From positions 224,001 to 288,000 of the forward strand of contig CAWBQK010000017.1 in NCBI GenBank assembly GCA_963791045.1: 64,000 bases of DNA, written 5' to 3'. Below are positions 17,826-28,173 of this stretch, one piece after another; within the stretch, counting starts at the first letter, position 1, and every line of letters begins with the position of its first letter. Source of the stretch: Candidatus Latescibacterota bacterium. GTDB taxonomy: Bacteria; Krumholzibacteriota; Krumholzibacteriia; WVZY01. The notes under the pieces were generated by a model. It was given only the letters and a program-made list of their open reading frames with translations, searched no databases and was not told the DNA's origin. Both the position numbers and the translations under genes were made by a program.

Positions 17826-20800
17826 ATGAAAAAGAATTTTCTTACCAAAATGTTCGGTTCGAAATCGGAGCGGGATTTCAAAAAATACCGGCCGATGCTT
17901 GAAGAGGTCAATCGATTTGCGGAGAGCTTTGACGGATTGTCGGAGGACGATTTCCCCGCGAAAACCCAGGAATTCAGACAGAGATACATCGAGGGCGAAG
18001 ATCTCGATGCGCTGCTCCCCGAAGCCTATGGTCTTGTGAAAGCTGCCTGCAAAATGCTCGTGGGTACGAGTTGGGATGTTTGCGGAATCGAAACCGAGTG
18101 GGCCATGGTGCCCTACGACGTGCAGATCGTTGGCGCGATCTCGCTTCGCAAGGGTTCGATCTCAGAGATGGCGACAGGTGAAGGCAAGACCCTGGCCGCG
18201 ACGATGCCCCTTTATTTGAACGCGCTCGCCGGAAAAGGCGCGCACCTCGTTACCGTCAACGATTACCTCGCCCAGCGCGATTCGGAGTGGATGGGACGTT
18301 TGTACCGATTCCTCGGACTCACGGTCGGGTGTGTTCAGGGTGAGATTCCGAACGAGCAACGCAAAGCCGCCTACGCCAAGGATATCACCTACGGTACCAA
18401 CAACGAGTTCGGGTTCGACTATCTTCGGGATAACATGAAGACCCGGCTCGAGGATAAGGTTCAACGCCCGCATTTTTACGCGATCGTGGATGAGGTGGAC
18501 AGTGTGTTGATCGACGAAGCGCGTACGCCGTTGATCATTTCCGGGCCGGTGACGGCGAGCGAATCATCCGAACTCTACCGGCTCCTCCGGCCAAAGGTCG
18601 AGCGGGTCGTCCAATCGCAGGCGCGGCTTATCAATAGTCTTGCCTCGTTCGCCGAAAAAGAAATGGAGAACGCCGACAGGGAAGACGAAGTCGCCCAGGC
18701 GCTTCTCAAGATTAGCCGCGGGGATCCGAAGAACAGCCGTTTCTTGAAATTGAGAAAGGAAACGGGTGTCGACAAAATGATTGCGCGCATGGAGGCCGAC
18801 CTGATGCGCGAAAAGAGTCTTCATCTTCTGGATGAAGAGCTCTTCTACGCGATCGACGAAAAAGGCAACATCATCAATCTAACGGACAAAGGGAGAGAGG
18901 CTCTCTCGCCCAACGACCCCGACCAGTTTGTTCTCCCCGATGTCAGCGAGGAAATCAACCGAATCGACGGGGACGACTCTCTGGATCCGGTTGAGAAGGT
19001 CAGGCAAAAAGACGACGTCTATCGCGGATATGCCGCCAAGTCGGACTCGATCCACAATTTCAATCAGTTGTTGAAAGCGTTTACATTGTTTCAGCGTGAT
19101 GTCGAGTACGTGGTCCAGGATGACCGTGTAATTATCGTCGATGAATTTACCGGGCGATTGATGCCCGGTCGCCGCTTTTCGGACGGTCTCCACCAGGCGC
19201 TCGAGGCCAAAGAAAATGTAAAGATCGAGGGCGAGACGCAAACTCTAGCTACCATTACACTTCAGAACTATTTCAGGATGTATGAGCGGTTGGCGGGGAT
19301 GACGGGCACGGCGGTGACGGAGGCGGCCGAATTCCATAAGATCTATACACTGGATGTGTCCGAGATTCCCACGAACGAGCCGATCCGTCGCATCGATTTT
19401 GACGACAGGATTTATCGAACCAAGCGGGAAAAGTACAACGCGCTCGCCGATGAGATTGTCCGTCTCAACGAGTTGGGTCTTCCCGTACTGGTTGGTACGG
19501 TGACGGTGGATGTGTCGGAACTCATCAGCCGGCTTCTCAAGCGCCGCGGGGTTAAACACAATGTTCTCAACGCCAAGTATCATCAGAAGGAAGCAGAAAT
19601 TGTCGCGGGTGCGGGTCGCGCAGGTGCGGTGACGATTGCGACAAACATGGCGGGCCGCGGAACCGATATCAAACTGGATCCATCGGTGGTCAAGTGCGAC
19701 ACGTGCGGAATAGGAAGCGGGAAGAAATCGTGGAAAACGAAGACGGGTGAAGAGGTGGACCCGACTGTTTGCGCGAAAGATGTACCCTGCGGTCTCCATA
19801 TTATAGGAACGGAAAGACACGAGGCGCGGCGGATCGACCGCCAGCTCCGCGGTCGCGCAGGACGTCAGGGTGATCCCGGGTCATCGCTGTTCTTTTTGTC
19901 CCTCGAAGATGACCTGATGCGTCTGTTCGGATCGGGTCGGATCTCGGGCGTAATGGACAAGATGGGTGTTGAGGATGGCGATGTGATCACGCACGGCCTG
20001 GTCACACGCGCGATAGAGAAAGCCCAGCAACGCGTGGAGAATTATAACTTCGATATCCGTAAGCGTTTGATCGATTACGACGACGTTATGAACAGGCAGC
20101 GCGAGGCGATTTATGGTCGCCGTGACGAGATCATCGGAGCGGAAGAACTCCGCGAAATTATTCTCGCGATGATCGATGACGTTATCGATTCAAAAATAAA
20201 CGGTTACATCAATCCAAAGGAACTCCCGGAAAACTGGCCGCTGGCCGAACTGTTCGGAGACCTCGAGGGAACGTTCCTGTTTTCGTTTCCGCCCATCGAG
20301 AAGGAAATCCAGGATGTCGGCGAGGAAGATGTCATCGAGTACCTCAAGCGGCGGTCGCGCGAGGCCCTCGACGCGCGGGAACGCTTTCTCGCGGAGGAGC
20401 TTGGGAGTGACGAAGTGGTGCGCGAGTTTGAGAAGTATGTTCTGCTCCAGACGATCGACGAAAAATGGATGGATCATCTGCACGAGCTCGATTACCTCAA
20501 AGACGGAATCCATTTCAGGGCCTATGCTCAAAAGGATCCCCTTATCGAATACAAGAAGGAGGCGTTCGCCCTCTTCGCGGAGTTGAACGACACCATCGAT
20601 CAGGATGCGCTACACGCATTTTTCCACGCGCGGATTGCGGCAAGAAAACAAAGCCGCCGTGACGTCTCCGCGGCACAGGCCGTCCACAAAGAGTCTCAGA
20701 TTTACGGAATGCAGGATGGTGGGGGGATGGGTGCCTCCGCGGCGACGGACGCGGCGCTCAAGAACCCCATCTCGGAAAATCCCGTCAGAAAACCCCAGGT

Positions 20801-20882
20801 CCGGGAGGTCGGGAAGGTCTCTCGGAACGACCCCTGTCCCTGCGGAAGTGGTAAGAAATACAAGAGATGCTGCGGTTCATAG
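17826..20882 (+). CDS. secA: Preprotein translocase ATPase SecA
   Basis: MATGEGKT, DEVDSVLIDEARTPLIISG, ATNMAGRGTDI, QLRGRAGRQGDPG, C-terminal SEC-C NDPCPCGSGKKYKRCC. Confidence 0.98.
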   Translation: MKKNFLTKMFGSKSERDFKKYRPMLEEVNRFAESFDGLSEDDFPAKTQEFRQRYIEGEDLDALLPEAYGLVKAACKMLVGTSWDVCGIETEWAMVPYDVQIVGAISLRKGSISEMATGEGKTLAATMPLYLNALAGKGAHLVTVNDYLAQRDSEWMGRLYRFLGLTVGCVQGEIPNEQRKAAYAKDITYGTNNEFGFDYLRDNMKTRLEDKVQRPHFYAIVDEVDSVLIDEARTPLIISGPVTASESSELYRLLRPKVERVVQSQARLINSLASFAEKEMENADREDEVAQALLKISRGDPKNSRFLKLRKETGVDKMIARMEADLMREKSLHLLDEELFYAIDEKGNIINLTDKGREALSPNDPDQFVLPDVSEEINRIDGDDSLDPVEKVRQKDDVYRGYAAKSDSIHNFNQLLKAFTLFQRDVEYVVQDDRVIIVDEFTGRLMPGRRFSDGLHQALEAKENVKIEGETQTLATITLQNYFRMYERLAGMTGTAVTEAAEFHKIYTLDVSEIPTNEPIRRIDFDDRIYRTKREKYNALADEIVRLNELGLPVLVGTVTVDVSELISRLLKRRGVKHNVLNAKYHQKEAEIVAGAGRAGAVTIATNMAGRGTDIKLDPSVVKCDTCGIGSGKKSWKTKTGEEVDPTVCAKDVPCGLHIIGTERHEARRIDRQLRGRAGRQGDPGSSLFFLSLEDDLMRLFGSGRISGVMDKMGVEDGDVITHGLVTRAIEKAQQRVENYNFDIRKRLIDYDDVMNRQREAIYGRRDEIIGAEELREIILAMIDDVIDSKINGYINPKELPENWPLAELFGDLEGTFLFSFPPIEKEIQDVGEEDVIEYLKRRSREALDARERFLAEELGSDEVVREFEKYVLLQTIDEKWMDHLHELDYLKDGIHFRAYAQKDPLIEYKKEAFALFAELNDTIDQDALHAFFHARIAARKQSRRDVSAAQAVHKESQIYGMQDGGGMGASAATDAALKNPISENPVRKPQVREVGKVSRNDPCPCGSGKKYKRCCGS

Positions 20883-21030
20883 CTCCTCCACAGGCCTGTT
20901 TGGCCCCCCTCCAGCCCCCCTCAATAAAGGGCAAAATAGGGATTGCATCCCGACCGGGGATAGGTATATGTTTCTATGCCCAACTCAACTAGCATGGGAA
21001 TTGCAAGGGAGTCTCTGGAAGGGCAATAAA

Positions 21031-21480
21031 ATGGTAAGTCGTCTTATAGATCTGGTTGTTCTCGTTGCTGACCTGAGTCAGAACAAGGGCAAAACGCTTC
21101 AGGAGCTGGACAGCGAGCTCGTTGGACTCGGTTATTCGGCCGAGGAAATTGAGCACGCGATATTCTGGCTATCCTCGCAGTGGCAGCCATCCGCGCGTGC
21201 CCTCGGTGATATATTGAAGCCCGCGCACCGTGTTCTGAGCCCCTGGGAAGCGATGTGTCTCGACACTGACTCCTACGGTTATCTTCTCCGTCTCCAGAAT
21301 TTGGGAATCATCGATCTCGAGCAGTTCGAGACGATCATGACGAGAATTTTGCCGATAGGTGGCGAGAAATTGCCGCTGGGCGAGTTGAAAACACTTGCCG
21401 GGTCGATAATTTTTGATTTAGGTATTGAAGACACGGAAGACGATCTGTTTGATGCCGACGAGGCGGGGCAGATAACTTAA
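21031..21480 (+). CDS. smg: Smg/DUF494 family protein
   Basis: ELVGLGYSAEEIEHAIFWL, RVLSPWEAMCLD, GYLLRLQNLGII; directly upstream of topA. Confidence 0.78.
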   Translation: MVSRLIDLVVLVADLSQNKGKTLQELDSELVGLGYSAEEIEHAIFWLSSQWQPSARALGDILKPAHRVLSPWEAMCLDTDSYGYLLRLQNLGIIDLEQFETIMTRILPIGGEKLPLGELKTLAGSIIFDLGIEDTEDDLFDADEAGQIT

Positions 21481-21552
21481 TATAGGGCAACTAATTATAT
21501 AATTTAAACACGAACCGCAAGTCCAAGACTTGCGTGTCGCTTTATAAGGACA

Positions 21553-23760
21553 ATGGCAAAGCAATCCCTCGTAATCGTCGAGTCGCCCGCCAAGGCGAAC
21601 ACGATCAAAAAATTCCTCGGTAAGAACTTCAAAGTCATCGCGTCGGTCGGCCACGTGATGGATCTCCCCAAAAATGAGCTTGGTGTGGACATCGAAGAGG
21701 GCTTCGCGCCCAAGTATGTCGTTCCACGCGGCAAGCAGAAGGTTCTGACTCAGATAAAAAAAGACGCTAAGGGTTGCGACGAAGTGTTTCTCGCACTCGA
21801 TATGGATCGCGAAGGCGAGGCAATCGCATGGCATCTCCAGAATTTTCTCGAAAAGGTCCAGGGAAACTGCAAGCGGATTATTTTCAACGAAATCACTAAG
21901 TCGGCGATCATTGAGGCCATCGGCAACCCAATGGATGTCAATCAGCAGAAGGTCGACGCGCAGCAGGCGCGCCGTGTCCTGGACCGGCTGGTGGGCTATC
22001 AGATTAGTCCGATCCTCTGGCAAATATTTTATTATGGCTTGAGCGCGGGCCGTGTTCAGACCGTCGGTCTCAGGCTGGTCTGCGAGCGGGAGAACGAAAT
22101 TCGAGCGTTTGTGCCTGTTGAGTACTGGTCGATAGAGGCCCTTCTCCGCACAAAGGACGGGGGAGAAATCCCGGCGAAAGTAACCCACGTCAACGGCAAG
22201 AAAGCTGAACTCACGAAAAAAGAAGAGGTCGACCCCGTTCTCGCCGACCTCCGCAAGGCCGACTACGTCGTAAATGACGTAATCCGCAAAGAAAAGAAGA
22301 GAAACCCACAGCCTCCTTACATAACGAGTACGCTCCAGCGTGACGCGGCAAGGCGGCTTCGTTACTCCCCAAAGAAAATCATGATGATCGCCCAACAGCT
22401 CTATGAGGGGATCGATCTTGGGGCTGACGACAGGGTCGGGTTGATTACCTATATGCGTACCGATTCGGTACGGATATCCGACCAGGCTAAGGACGCGGCG
22501 AGGGATCTCATCAAGGACAAGTACGGCGAGGATTTCCTTCCGGAAAAACCAAAGGCGTATCGTCAGAAGAAAGACGCGCAGGACGCGCATGAAGCGATAC
22601 GGCCGACGGATGTCACACGTACTCCCGAGTCCGTCAAAGAGCATCTCAAAAAAGATCAATATGCCGTCTACGAGTTGATTTGGCGACGATTCATGGCCTC
22701 CCAGATGGCCAGCGCCCGCTATGACACTACCGAAGTGATGATCGGTGCGGGTGACCATCAGTTGAAGGCCAATGGACGGGTTATGACTTTCGCGGGTTTT
22801 CTCAATGTCTACGAAGAATCGATCAGTGACGGCGAAAACGAACTTCCCTCGGTCGAAAAGGGAGATGCTCTCGAACTCGGATCCGTAGATGGAACGCAGC
22901 ATTTTACCGAGCCGCCGCCTCGTTTTACCGAGGCGACCCTGATCAAGGAGCTCGAGGATGACGGTATTGGGAGACCGAGTACATATGCGGCGATCGTTTC
23001 GATTATCCAGGATCGGGACTACGTGTCCAAGGATGAGGGTCGATTGCGGCCGACAACTCTTGGTGAGCAGGTGTGGTTGACGCTCGAGGGGTTTTTCCCC
23101 GACCTGTTCGATACGAAGTTTACCGCGTTGATGGAGGCGGAGCTGGATCGAGTCGAGGGCGGCGAGGACACGTGGCAGAAGGTCGTCAATGATTTCTACA
23201 CACCGTTCCGCAAAGCGCTGGACAATATCGATGACCGCAAAGAGCGGATAAAAGATTCCCTCCAGGAAGAAACCGACATTGAGTGTGAAAAGTGCGGGAA
23301 AAAGCTCATCAAGAAGTGGGGGAGAAACGGGCAGTTTCTCGCGTGCCCCGCTTACCCCGACTGCAAGTTTTCTCGGCCGCTGGAGGAAGAGGCCGAGTCG
23401 CTCCGTCTCGACGCCGACTGTCCAAAATGCGGATCTAAACTCGTCGTCAAGGTCGGGAGGTACGGGCGATTTGCAGCCTGTGAAAAGTATCCCGACTGCA
23501 AGCACACCCAGTCGTACCCGATCGGAATGGCGTGCCCCAAACCGGAGTGTGACGGCCAGGTGGTCGAGAAAGTCACTCGGCGGGCAAAGCGTTTTTACGG
23601 GTGCAGCCGTTATCCGGACTGCGACTTCGCGACGTGGGACAAACCGGTTCCGACCGTGTGCTCGGCCTGCGGCAATCCGTACATCGTTGAGAAAATGTCG
23701 CAAAGCCGTGGTACCTACTTCAAGTGTCCGGTCTGCAAAGAAGAAGTCGCCCAAGACTAA
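21553..23760 (+). CDS. topA: DNA topoisomerase I (type IA) with C-terminal zinc ribbons
   Basis: VIVESPAKA, DREGEAI, SAGRVQ, LITYMRTDS, AHEAIRPT, GIGRPSTY, C4 zinc-finger repeats. Confidence 0.98.
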   Translation: MAKQSLVIVESPAKANTIKKFLGKNFKVIASVGHVMDLPKNELGVDIEEGFAPKYVVPRGKQKVLTQIKKDAKGCDEVFLALDMDREGEAIAWHLQNFLEKVQGNCKRIIFNEITKSAIIEAIGNPMDVNQQKVDAQQARRVLDRLVGYQISPILWQIFYYGLSAGRVQTVGLRLVCERENEIRAFVPVEYWSIEALLRTKDGGEIPAKVTHVNGKKAELTKKEEVDPVLADLRKADYVVNDVIRKEKKRNPQPPYITSTLQRDAARRLRYSPKKIMMIAQQLYEGIDLGADDRVGLITYMRTDSVRISDQAKDAARDLIKDKYGEDFLPEKPKAYRQKKDAQDAHEAIRPTDVTRTPESVKEHLKKDQYAVYELIWRRFMASQMASARYDTTEVMIGAGDHQLKANGRVMTFAGFLNVYEESISDGENELPSVEKGDALELGSVDGTQHFTEPPPRFTEATLIKELEDDGIGRPSTYAAIVSIIQDRDYVSKDEGRLRPTTLGEQVWLTLEGFFPDLFDTKFTALMEAELDRVEGGEDTWQKVVNDFYTPFRKALDNIDDRKERIKDSLQEETDIECEKCGKKLIKKWGRNGQFLACPAYPDCKFSRPLEEEAESLRLDADCPKCGSKLVVKVGRYGRFAACEKYPDCKHTQSYPIGMACPKPECDGQVVEKVTRRAKRFYGCSRYPDCDFATWDKPVPTVCSACGNPYIVEKMSQSRGTYFKCPVCKEEVAQD

Positions 23761-23763
23761 TCC

Positions 23764-25092
23764 ATGAAAAGTGTTTCTATCGTAGGTGGCGGACTGGCCG
23801 GATGTGAAGCGGCCTGGCAGCTAGCCGACCGTGGCGTGGCGGTTCGGCTCAGGGAAATGCGTCCCCGCGAAACCACGGAAGCGCACCGTTCGGACAACCT
23901 CGCGGAAATCGTCTGCACCAATTCCTTCAAATCAATACTTCCCGATACCGCCTCAGGAGTCTTGAAGGCTGAACTCGAACTTCTGGGTTGCCGTCTCCTT
24001 CGTGTCGCAAAGCAGACGAGCGTTCCGGCCGGTCACGCGTTGGCCGTTGACAGGGAGCGGTTTTCCGAAGCCGTAACGTCGGCGATCGAAAACCATCCAA
24101 ATATCACGGTTGAGAGAAGACGCCAGGACGATCTCGATATAGATTTGCCGGCGATTATTGCGACGGGTCCGTTGACGGCGGCGGCGCTCTCCGCTGCTCT
24201 CCAGGAACACTGCTCCAGCGAACACCTGTATTTCTACGACGCGATCGCACCGTCGATCGAGGGCGACTCGATAGATACCGGTGTGGGGTATGCGGCAAGC
24301 CGCTATGACAAAGGAACCGCGGATTATATCAACATCCCGTTCAACGAGTCCGAATACAAAGCGTTGATAGCCAGATTGAAGGATTCCGAGGTCGTGACCC
24401 CTCACGGGTTTGAAGATAAAAAGTATTTCGAGGCTTGTTTGCCAATCGAGGTGATGGCGGCCAGGGGTGAGGACACGGCGCGTTTCGGCCCCATGAGACC
24501 GCGCGGCCTTCCCGATCCGCGGACGGGACGTGAGCCCTACGCAGTCCTTCAGCTCAGACGCGAAAGCCAGTCGGGACATCTGCTCGGACTGGTCGGGTTC
24601 CAGACGAGATTGACATACGCCGCGCAGAAGGAAATGATTCGTTCGCTCCCTGGGTGCGCAAAGGCGAAAATACTCAGATACGGATCGATCCACCGAAACA
24701 TCTACCTCAACCTGCCCGCTCTTTGCTCGCCGTATCAGAGGGATACCTCGATCGGTGAGCTTTATTACGCCGGGCAGATTTGTGGGGTTGAAGGTTACGT
24801 GGAGTGTATTACGAGCGGACTTGTCGCCGCCCTGTCACTTTACGGCAGGCTGCGGGGTGTCGAACTCAAACCGTTTCCCGCAACGACCATGATAGGGTCG
24901 TTGATGAACCACATACATACTCCACTCGAAAACTTCCAGCCGATGAACGCCAATATGGGGATTTTGCCCAGGCGGGAAAAGATTCCGGGCGGGAGGCGGG
25001 CGAGGTACCTCGTGGCTTCGCAGCGGGCCATTTCGGAAATGTCGGCGTATCGCGAAGCCAACCCCGCGTTTTTCTCCACCGATGCCGGATGA
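23764..25092 (+). CDS. trmFO: Folate/FAD-dependent tRNA m5U54 methyltransferase
   Basis: GGGLAGCEAA, EIVCTNS, LYFYDAIAP, YFEACLPIE, GFQTRL, FQPMNAN. Confidence 0.95.
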   Translation: MKSVSIVGGGLAGCEAAWQLADRGVAVRLREMRPRETTEAHRSDNLAEIVCTNSFKSILPDTASGVLKAELELLGCRLLRVAKQTSVPAGHALAVDRERFSEAVTSAIENHPNITVERRRQDDLDIDLPAIIATGPLTAAALSAALQEHCSSEHLYFYDAIAPSIEGDSIDTGVGYAASRYDKGTADYINIPFNESEYKALIARLKDSEVVTPHGFEDKKYFEACLPIEVMAARGEDTARFGPMRPRGLPDPRTGREPYAVLQLRRESQSGHLLGLVGFQTRLTYAAQKEMIRSLPGCAKAKILRYGSIHRNIYLNLPALCSPYQRDTSIGELYYAGQICGVEGYVECITSGLVAALSLYGRLRGVELKPFPATTMIGSLMNHIHTPLENFQPMNANMGILPRREKIPGGRRARYLVASQRAISEMSAYREANPAFFSTDAG

Positions 25093-25137
25093 CCTTCGGA
25101 TCCCCCTTTTCGAGATTTTCCTTAAATACCCGTCACA

Positions 25138-25165
25138 ATTTGATATATATATAGTTATGTGCATT
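25138..25165 (-). promoter_or_regulatory. dif-like (XerCD-binding-like) 28-bp site upstream of xerC
   Basis: Minus strand AATGCACATAA-CTATAT-ATATATCAAAT versus E. coli dif GGTGCGCATAA-TGTATA-TTATGTTAAAT: 8/11 in each arm with a 6-bp core. Confidence 0.5.
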
Positions 25166-25200
25166 GTTGGCAGAACGGTCCTCGCAGCCGGATTTATCGA

Positions 25201-26121
25201 ATGAATATCGACGGAGCGATAGGCAAGTTTGAGTCGCACCTCTCGGCCGAGAGAGGGGTGTCGCCGAATACCGTTCGGGCCTATGTGACGGACCTTTCGC
25301 AGTTTGCCGAATACCTCGAACAGAAAACGGGGTCGGCGCCGAGTGTGATGGATATCGGTCTGTCGGAGGTAAGAGGGTTTCTGCGTGACCAGGTGAAACG
25401 CGGATTGACAGATACTTCGATGCTCAGAAAGATTTCATCACTCCGCGCGTTTTTCGCCTTTCTGCTGCGGCGCAAGGTCATAGCGGTCGATCCGACGCTT
25501 CATCTCGCACGACCGAGAAAAAGACGACGGATTCCGCCGATAATCAGCGAGGACAGCATCGAAAAGATGATGGATTCCCCGGAAAACGATGGGCTCATCG
25601 GTTTTCGTGACAGGGCGATCCTGGAGTTTCTTTACGGAACGGGTGTCCGTCTCAGTGAAATGATATCGCTGGATCTGGCGGATTTCGTGGATATTGAGGA
25701 GTCCCTCCGGATCGTGGGAAAAGGGGACAAGGAAAGAATCGTTCCATGGGGAGGCAAGGCGAGGGAGGCTTTTCTGGCGTACCAACGGGAGCGATTTGGC
25801 ATCGAGGGCACAGTGAAGGAAAGCGGTCTGGCAGAACACAAGACCCTCCCCGCATTTTCCACGAGGAAGAAACAACGGATCAGCCCGCGAACGGTGCAGA
25901 GAATCGTTGAAAAGTATCTGCGAAGAGTGTCGCTCGCAACATCACAAAGCCCTCACAGCTTGCGACACGCGTTTGCGACCCACTTGTTGAACAACGGAGC
26001 GGATCTTCGGGCGGTACAGGAACTTCTCGGACATGAGAGTCTATCTACCACACAGATCTATACCCACGTGTCAACGGCGAGACTCAAGGAAGTTTACAAG
26101 AAAACGCATCCACGTTCGTAG
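25201..26121 (+). CDS. xerC: Tyrosine recombinase XerC
   Basis: [51 protein letters not shown]; topA-trmFO-xerC-hslVU context. Confidence 0.9.
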   Translation: MNIDGAIGKFESHLSAERGVSPNTVRAYVTDLSQFAEYLEQKTGSAPSVMDIGLSEVRGFLRDQVKRGLTDTSMLRKISSLRAFFAFLLRRKVIAVDPTLHLARPRKRRRIPPIISEDSIEKMMDSPENDGLIGFRDRAILEFLYGTGVRLSEMISLDLADFVDIEESLRIVGKGDKERIVPWGGKAREAFLAYQRERFGIEGTVKESGLAEHKTLPAFSTRKKQRISPRTVQRIVEKYLRRVSLATSQSPHSLRHAFATHLLNNGADLRAVQELLGHESLSTTQIYTHVSTARLKEVYKKTHPRS

Positions 26122-26195
26122 GGGCTTTGTTTCCGGGAAGGGTCGTGGGTACGGTCCAAATTCCGGCGGCACGGCCACCAATAAAGAGGAAAACA

Positions 26196-26750
26196 ATGAA
26201 ACCAAAAATAGTGGGAACAACAATTCTCGGGGTCAGGTTGGGTGGACGCGCCGCGATAGGCGGCGACGGCCAGGTCACCCTCGGCACCACTATCATCAAG
26301 CAGAACGCCACCAAGATACGGACGCTCGGAGAGGGCAAGGTTTTGGCGGGTTTTGCGGGGAGCACCGCCGACGCTCTCACGCTTTTTGAGCGGTTCGAAG
26401 GAACTCTGGAGAAATACAGCGGCAACCTGAAGCGCGCCGCCGTTGAGTTGGCGAAGGAATGGCGCAGCGACAGAATTCTGAGACGTCTCGAAGCGATGCT
26501 CGCGGTAATGGACGCGGAGTCATCGATTATTCTTTCAGGCACAGGGGATGTGGTGGAACCGGAAGATGCGGTTATCGCGCTCGGGTCGGGGGGGCCATAC
26601 GCGCTGGCCGCGGCCCGCGCTTTCTTGCGGGCTGGGTACGATGACCCGGAAAAGATCGTCCGAGAGGCCCTGGATATTACGGGAAGGATTTGCCTTTATA
26701 CGAACACGAACATAACCGTCGAGACTCTCGACGGGCTAAACAAACAATAA
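26196..26750 (+). CDS. hslV: ATP-dependent protease peptidase subunit HslV
   Basis: [37 protein letters not shown]. Confidence 0.96.
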   Translation: MKPKIVGTTILGVRLGGRAAIGGDGQVTLGTTIIKQNATKIRTLGEGKVLAGFAGSTADALTLFERFEGTLEKYSGNLKRAAVELAKEWRSDRILRRLEAMLAVMDAESSIILSGTGDVVEPEDAVIALGSGGPYALAAARAFLRAGYDDPEKIVREALDITGRICLYTNTNITVETLDGLNKQ

Positions 26751-26787
26751 CGGGATAGAAACGAATTCACATGTTGGGAGGAGAGGG

Positions 26788-28137
26788 ATGTCAAATTTGA
26801 CTCCTCGTCAGATTGTTGTAGAACTTGACCGGTATATCGTCGGTCAAAACGACGCGAAAAAGTCGGTGGCGATTGCGCTGCGAAACCGATGGCGGAGACG
26901 GCAAGCTTCAGAGGATATGCGAGACGAAATCCTGCCGAATAACATTATTATGATCGGCCCCACGGGCGTCGGAAAAACTGAGATAGCGAGAAGACTCGCG
27001 CGTCTGGTTAGCGCCCCGTTTGTCAAAGTTGAGGCAAGCAACTATACCGAGGTCGGGTATGTCGGCCGCGACGTGGAAAGTATGATCCGCGACCTGGTCG
27101 AAATATCGATCGGAATGGTGAAGACCGAGCACCAGGCCCGGATCCAGAAGCAGGTTGAAGAGGCCGTCGAAGAACGTCTGGTCGATCTGTTGATGCCGGC
27201 CGCCCCGACGCCCGGGACCACCCCGGAAGAAAATATCGAAATCCAGGCGCGGCGCGGCCGCACGAGGGAAAAACTCCTGGTCAAGCTTAGATCCGGAGAT
27301 CTCGAGGAAAGAAGTGTCCATATCAGAACCGCCCCGTCATCGTCGCCGATGATCGAAATCTTCACCCGCGGCGGGGTCGATGACATGGGGATACAAATGC
27401 CGGGAAACATGAACCCGTTTGGCCCCCAGAAGCCGAAGGACAGAGATCTGACCATACGCCAGGCAAGGGAGTACCTTCGCGGGGAAGAGGCGGAGAAACT
27501 TCTCGATATGGAAAAGATCCTCGAAGATGCCAAAAAGCGGGTCGAAAACACGGGGATCGTTTTTGTGGACGAGATCGACAAGATTGCGGGCACCTCATCG
27601 CGATCTTCGGGCCCTGATGTGTCCCGCGAAGGGGTCCAGCGTGATCTGCTACCGATCGTAGAAGGGTGTGCCGTGAATACTCGTCACGGAGTGGTGAGAA
27701 CCGACCACATTCTCTTTATCGCCGCGGGCGCTTTCAACATTGCCAAGCCATCCGAACTCATTCCCGAGTTCCAGGGGCGGTTCCCGATACGTGTGGAGCT
27801 TTCTTCGCTCGGCGAAAAAGACTTCGTGAGGATTCTTACGGAGCCGGACAATTCGCTTGTGAAGCAGTACAAGGCGTTGCTCATGTCGGAAGCGTGCCGG
27901 CTGGATTTTTCAGATGATGCCATCGCTGAAATCGCGCGAGTCGCCGCGACGGCCAACGACCGCTCGGAGAACATCGGCGCCCGTCGGCTCCAGACTGTTC
28001 TCGCGACGCTTCTCGAGGAACTCTTGTTCGATCTCCCGGAGTCTGATAAAAAGAGCATCAAATTTACCGGTGAGGACGTCAAAAACAAACTGGATAAGAT
28101 TCTCGCGGACGAAGACTTGACACGATACATTCTCTGA
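26788..28137 (+). CDS. hslU: ATP-dependent protease ATPase subunit HslU
   Basis: GPTGVGKTEIARRLA, GYVG, DEIDK, GVQRDLLP, ENIGARRL, DLTRYIL. Confidence 0.97.
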   Translation: MSNLTPRQIVVELDRYIVGQNDAKKSVAIALRNRWRRRQASEDMRDEILPNNIIMIGPTGVGKTEIARRLARLVSAPFVKVEASNYTEVGYVGRDVESMIRDLVEISIGMVKTEHQARIQKQVEEAVEERLVDLLMPAAPTPGTTPEENIEIQARRGRTREKLLVKLRSGDLEERSVHIRTAPSSSPMIEIFTRGGVDDMGIQMPGNMNPFGPQKPKDRDLTIRQAREYLRGEEAEKLLDMEKILEDAKKRVENTGIVFVDEIDKIAGTSSRSSGPDVSREGVQRDLLPIVEGCAVNTRHGVVRTDHILFIAAGAFNIAKPSELIPEFQGRFPIRVELSSLGEKDFVRILTEPDNSLVKQYKALLMSEACRLDFSDDAIAEIARVAATANDRSENIGARRLQTVLATLLEELLFDLPESDKKSIKFTGEDVKNKLDKILADEDLTRYIL

Positions 28138-28173
28138 TCGGACGGCCGGCACGGAGAACAACAGGAGGGTCAA

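Noticed and set aside
21418-23754. 778-aa minus-strand ORF
   Set aside because: It is the in-register antisense shadow of topA and has no recognisable motifs. The same applies to other long antisense ORFs such as 33304..34656, 11982..13091 and 57434..58375.
26196-26225. HslV N-terminal extension MKPKIVG before the catalytic Thr
   Set aside because: Short propeptides on HslV are already known; not novel.
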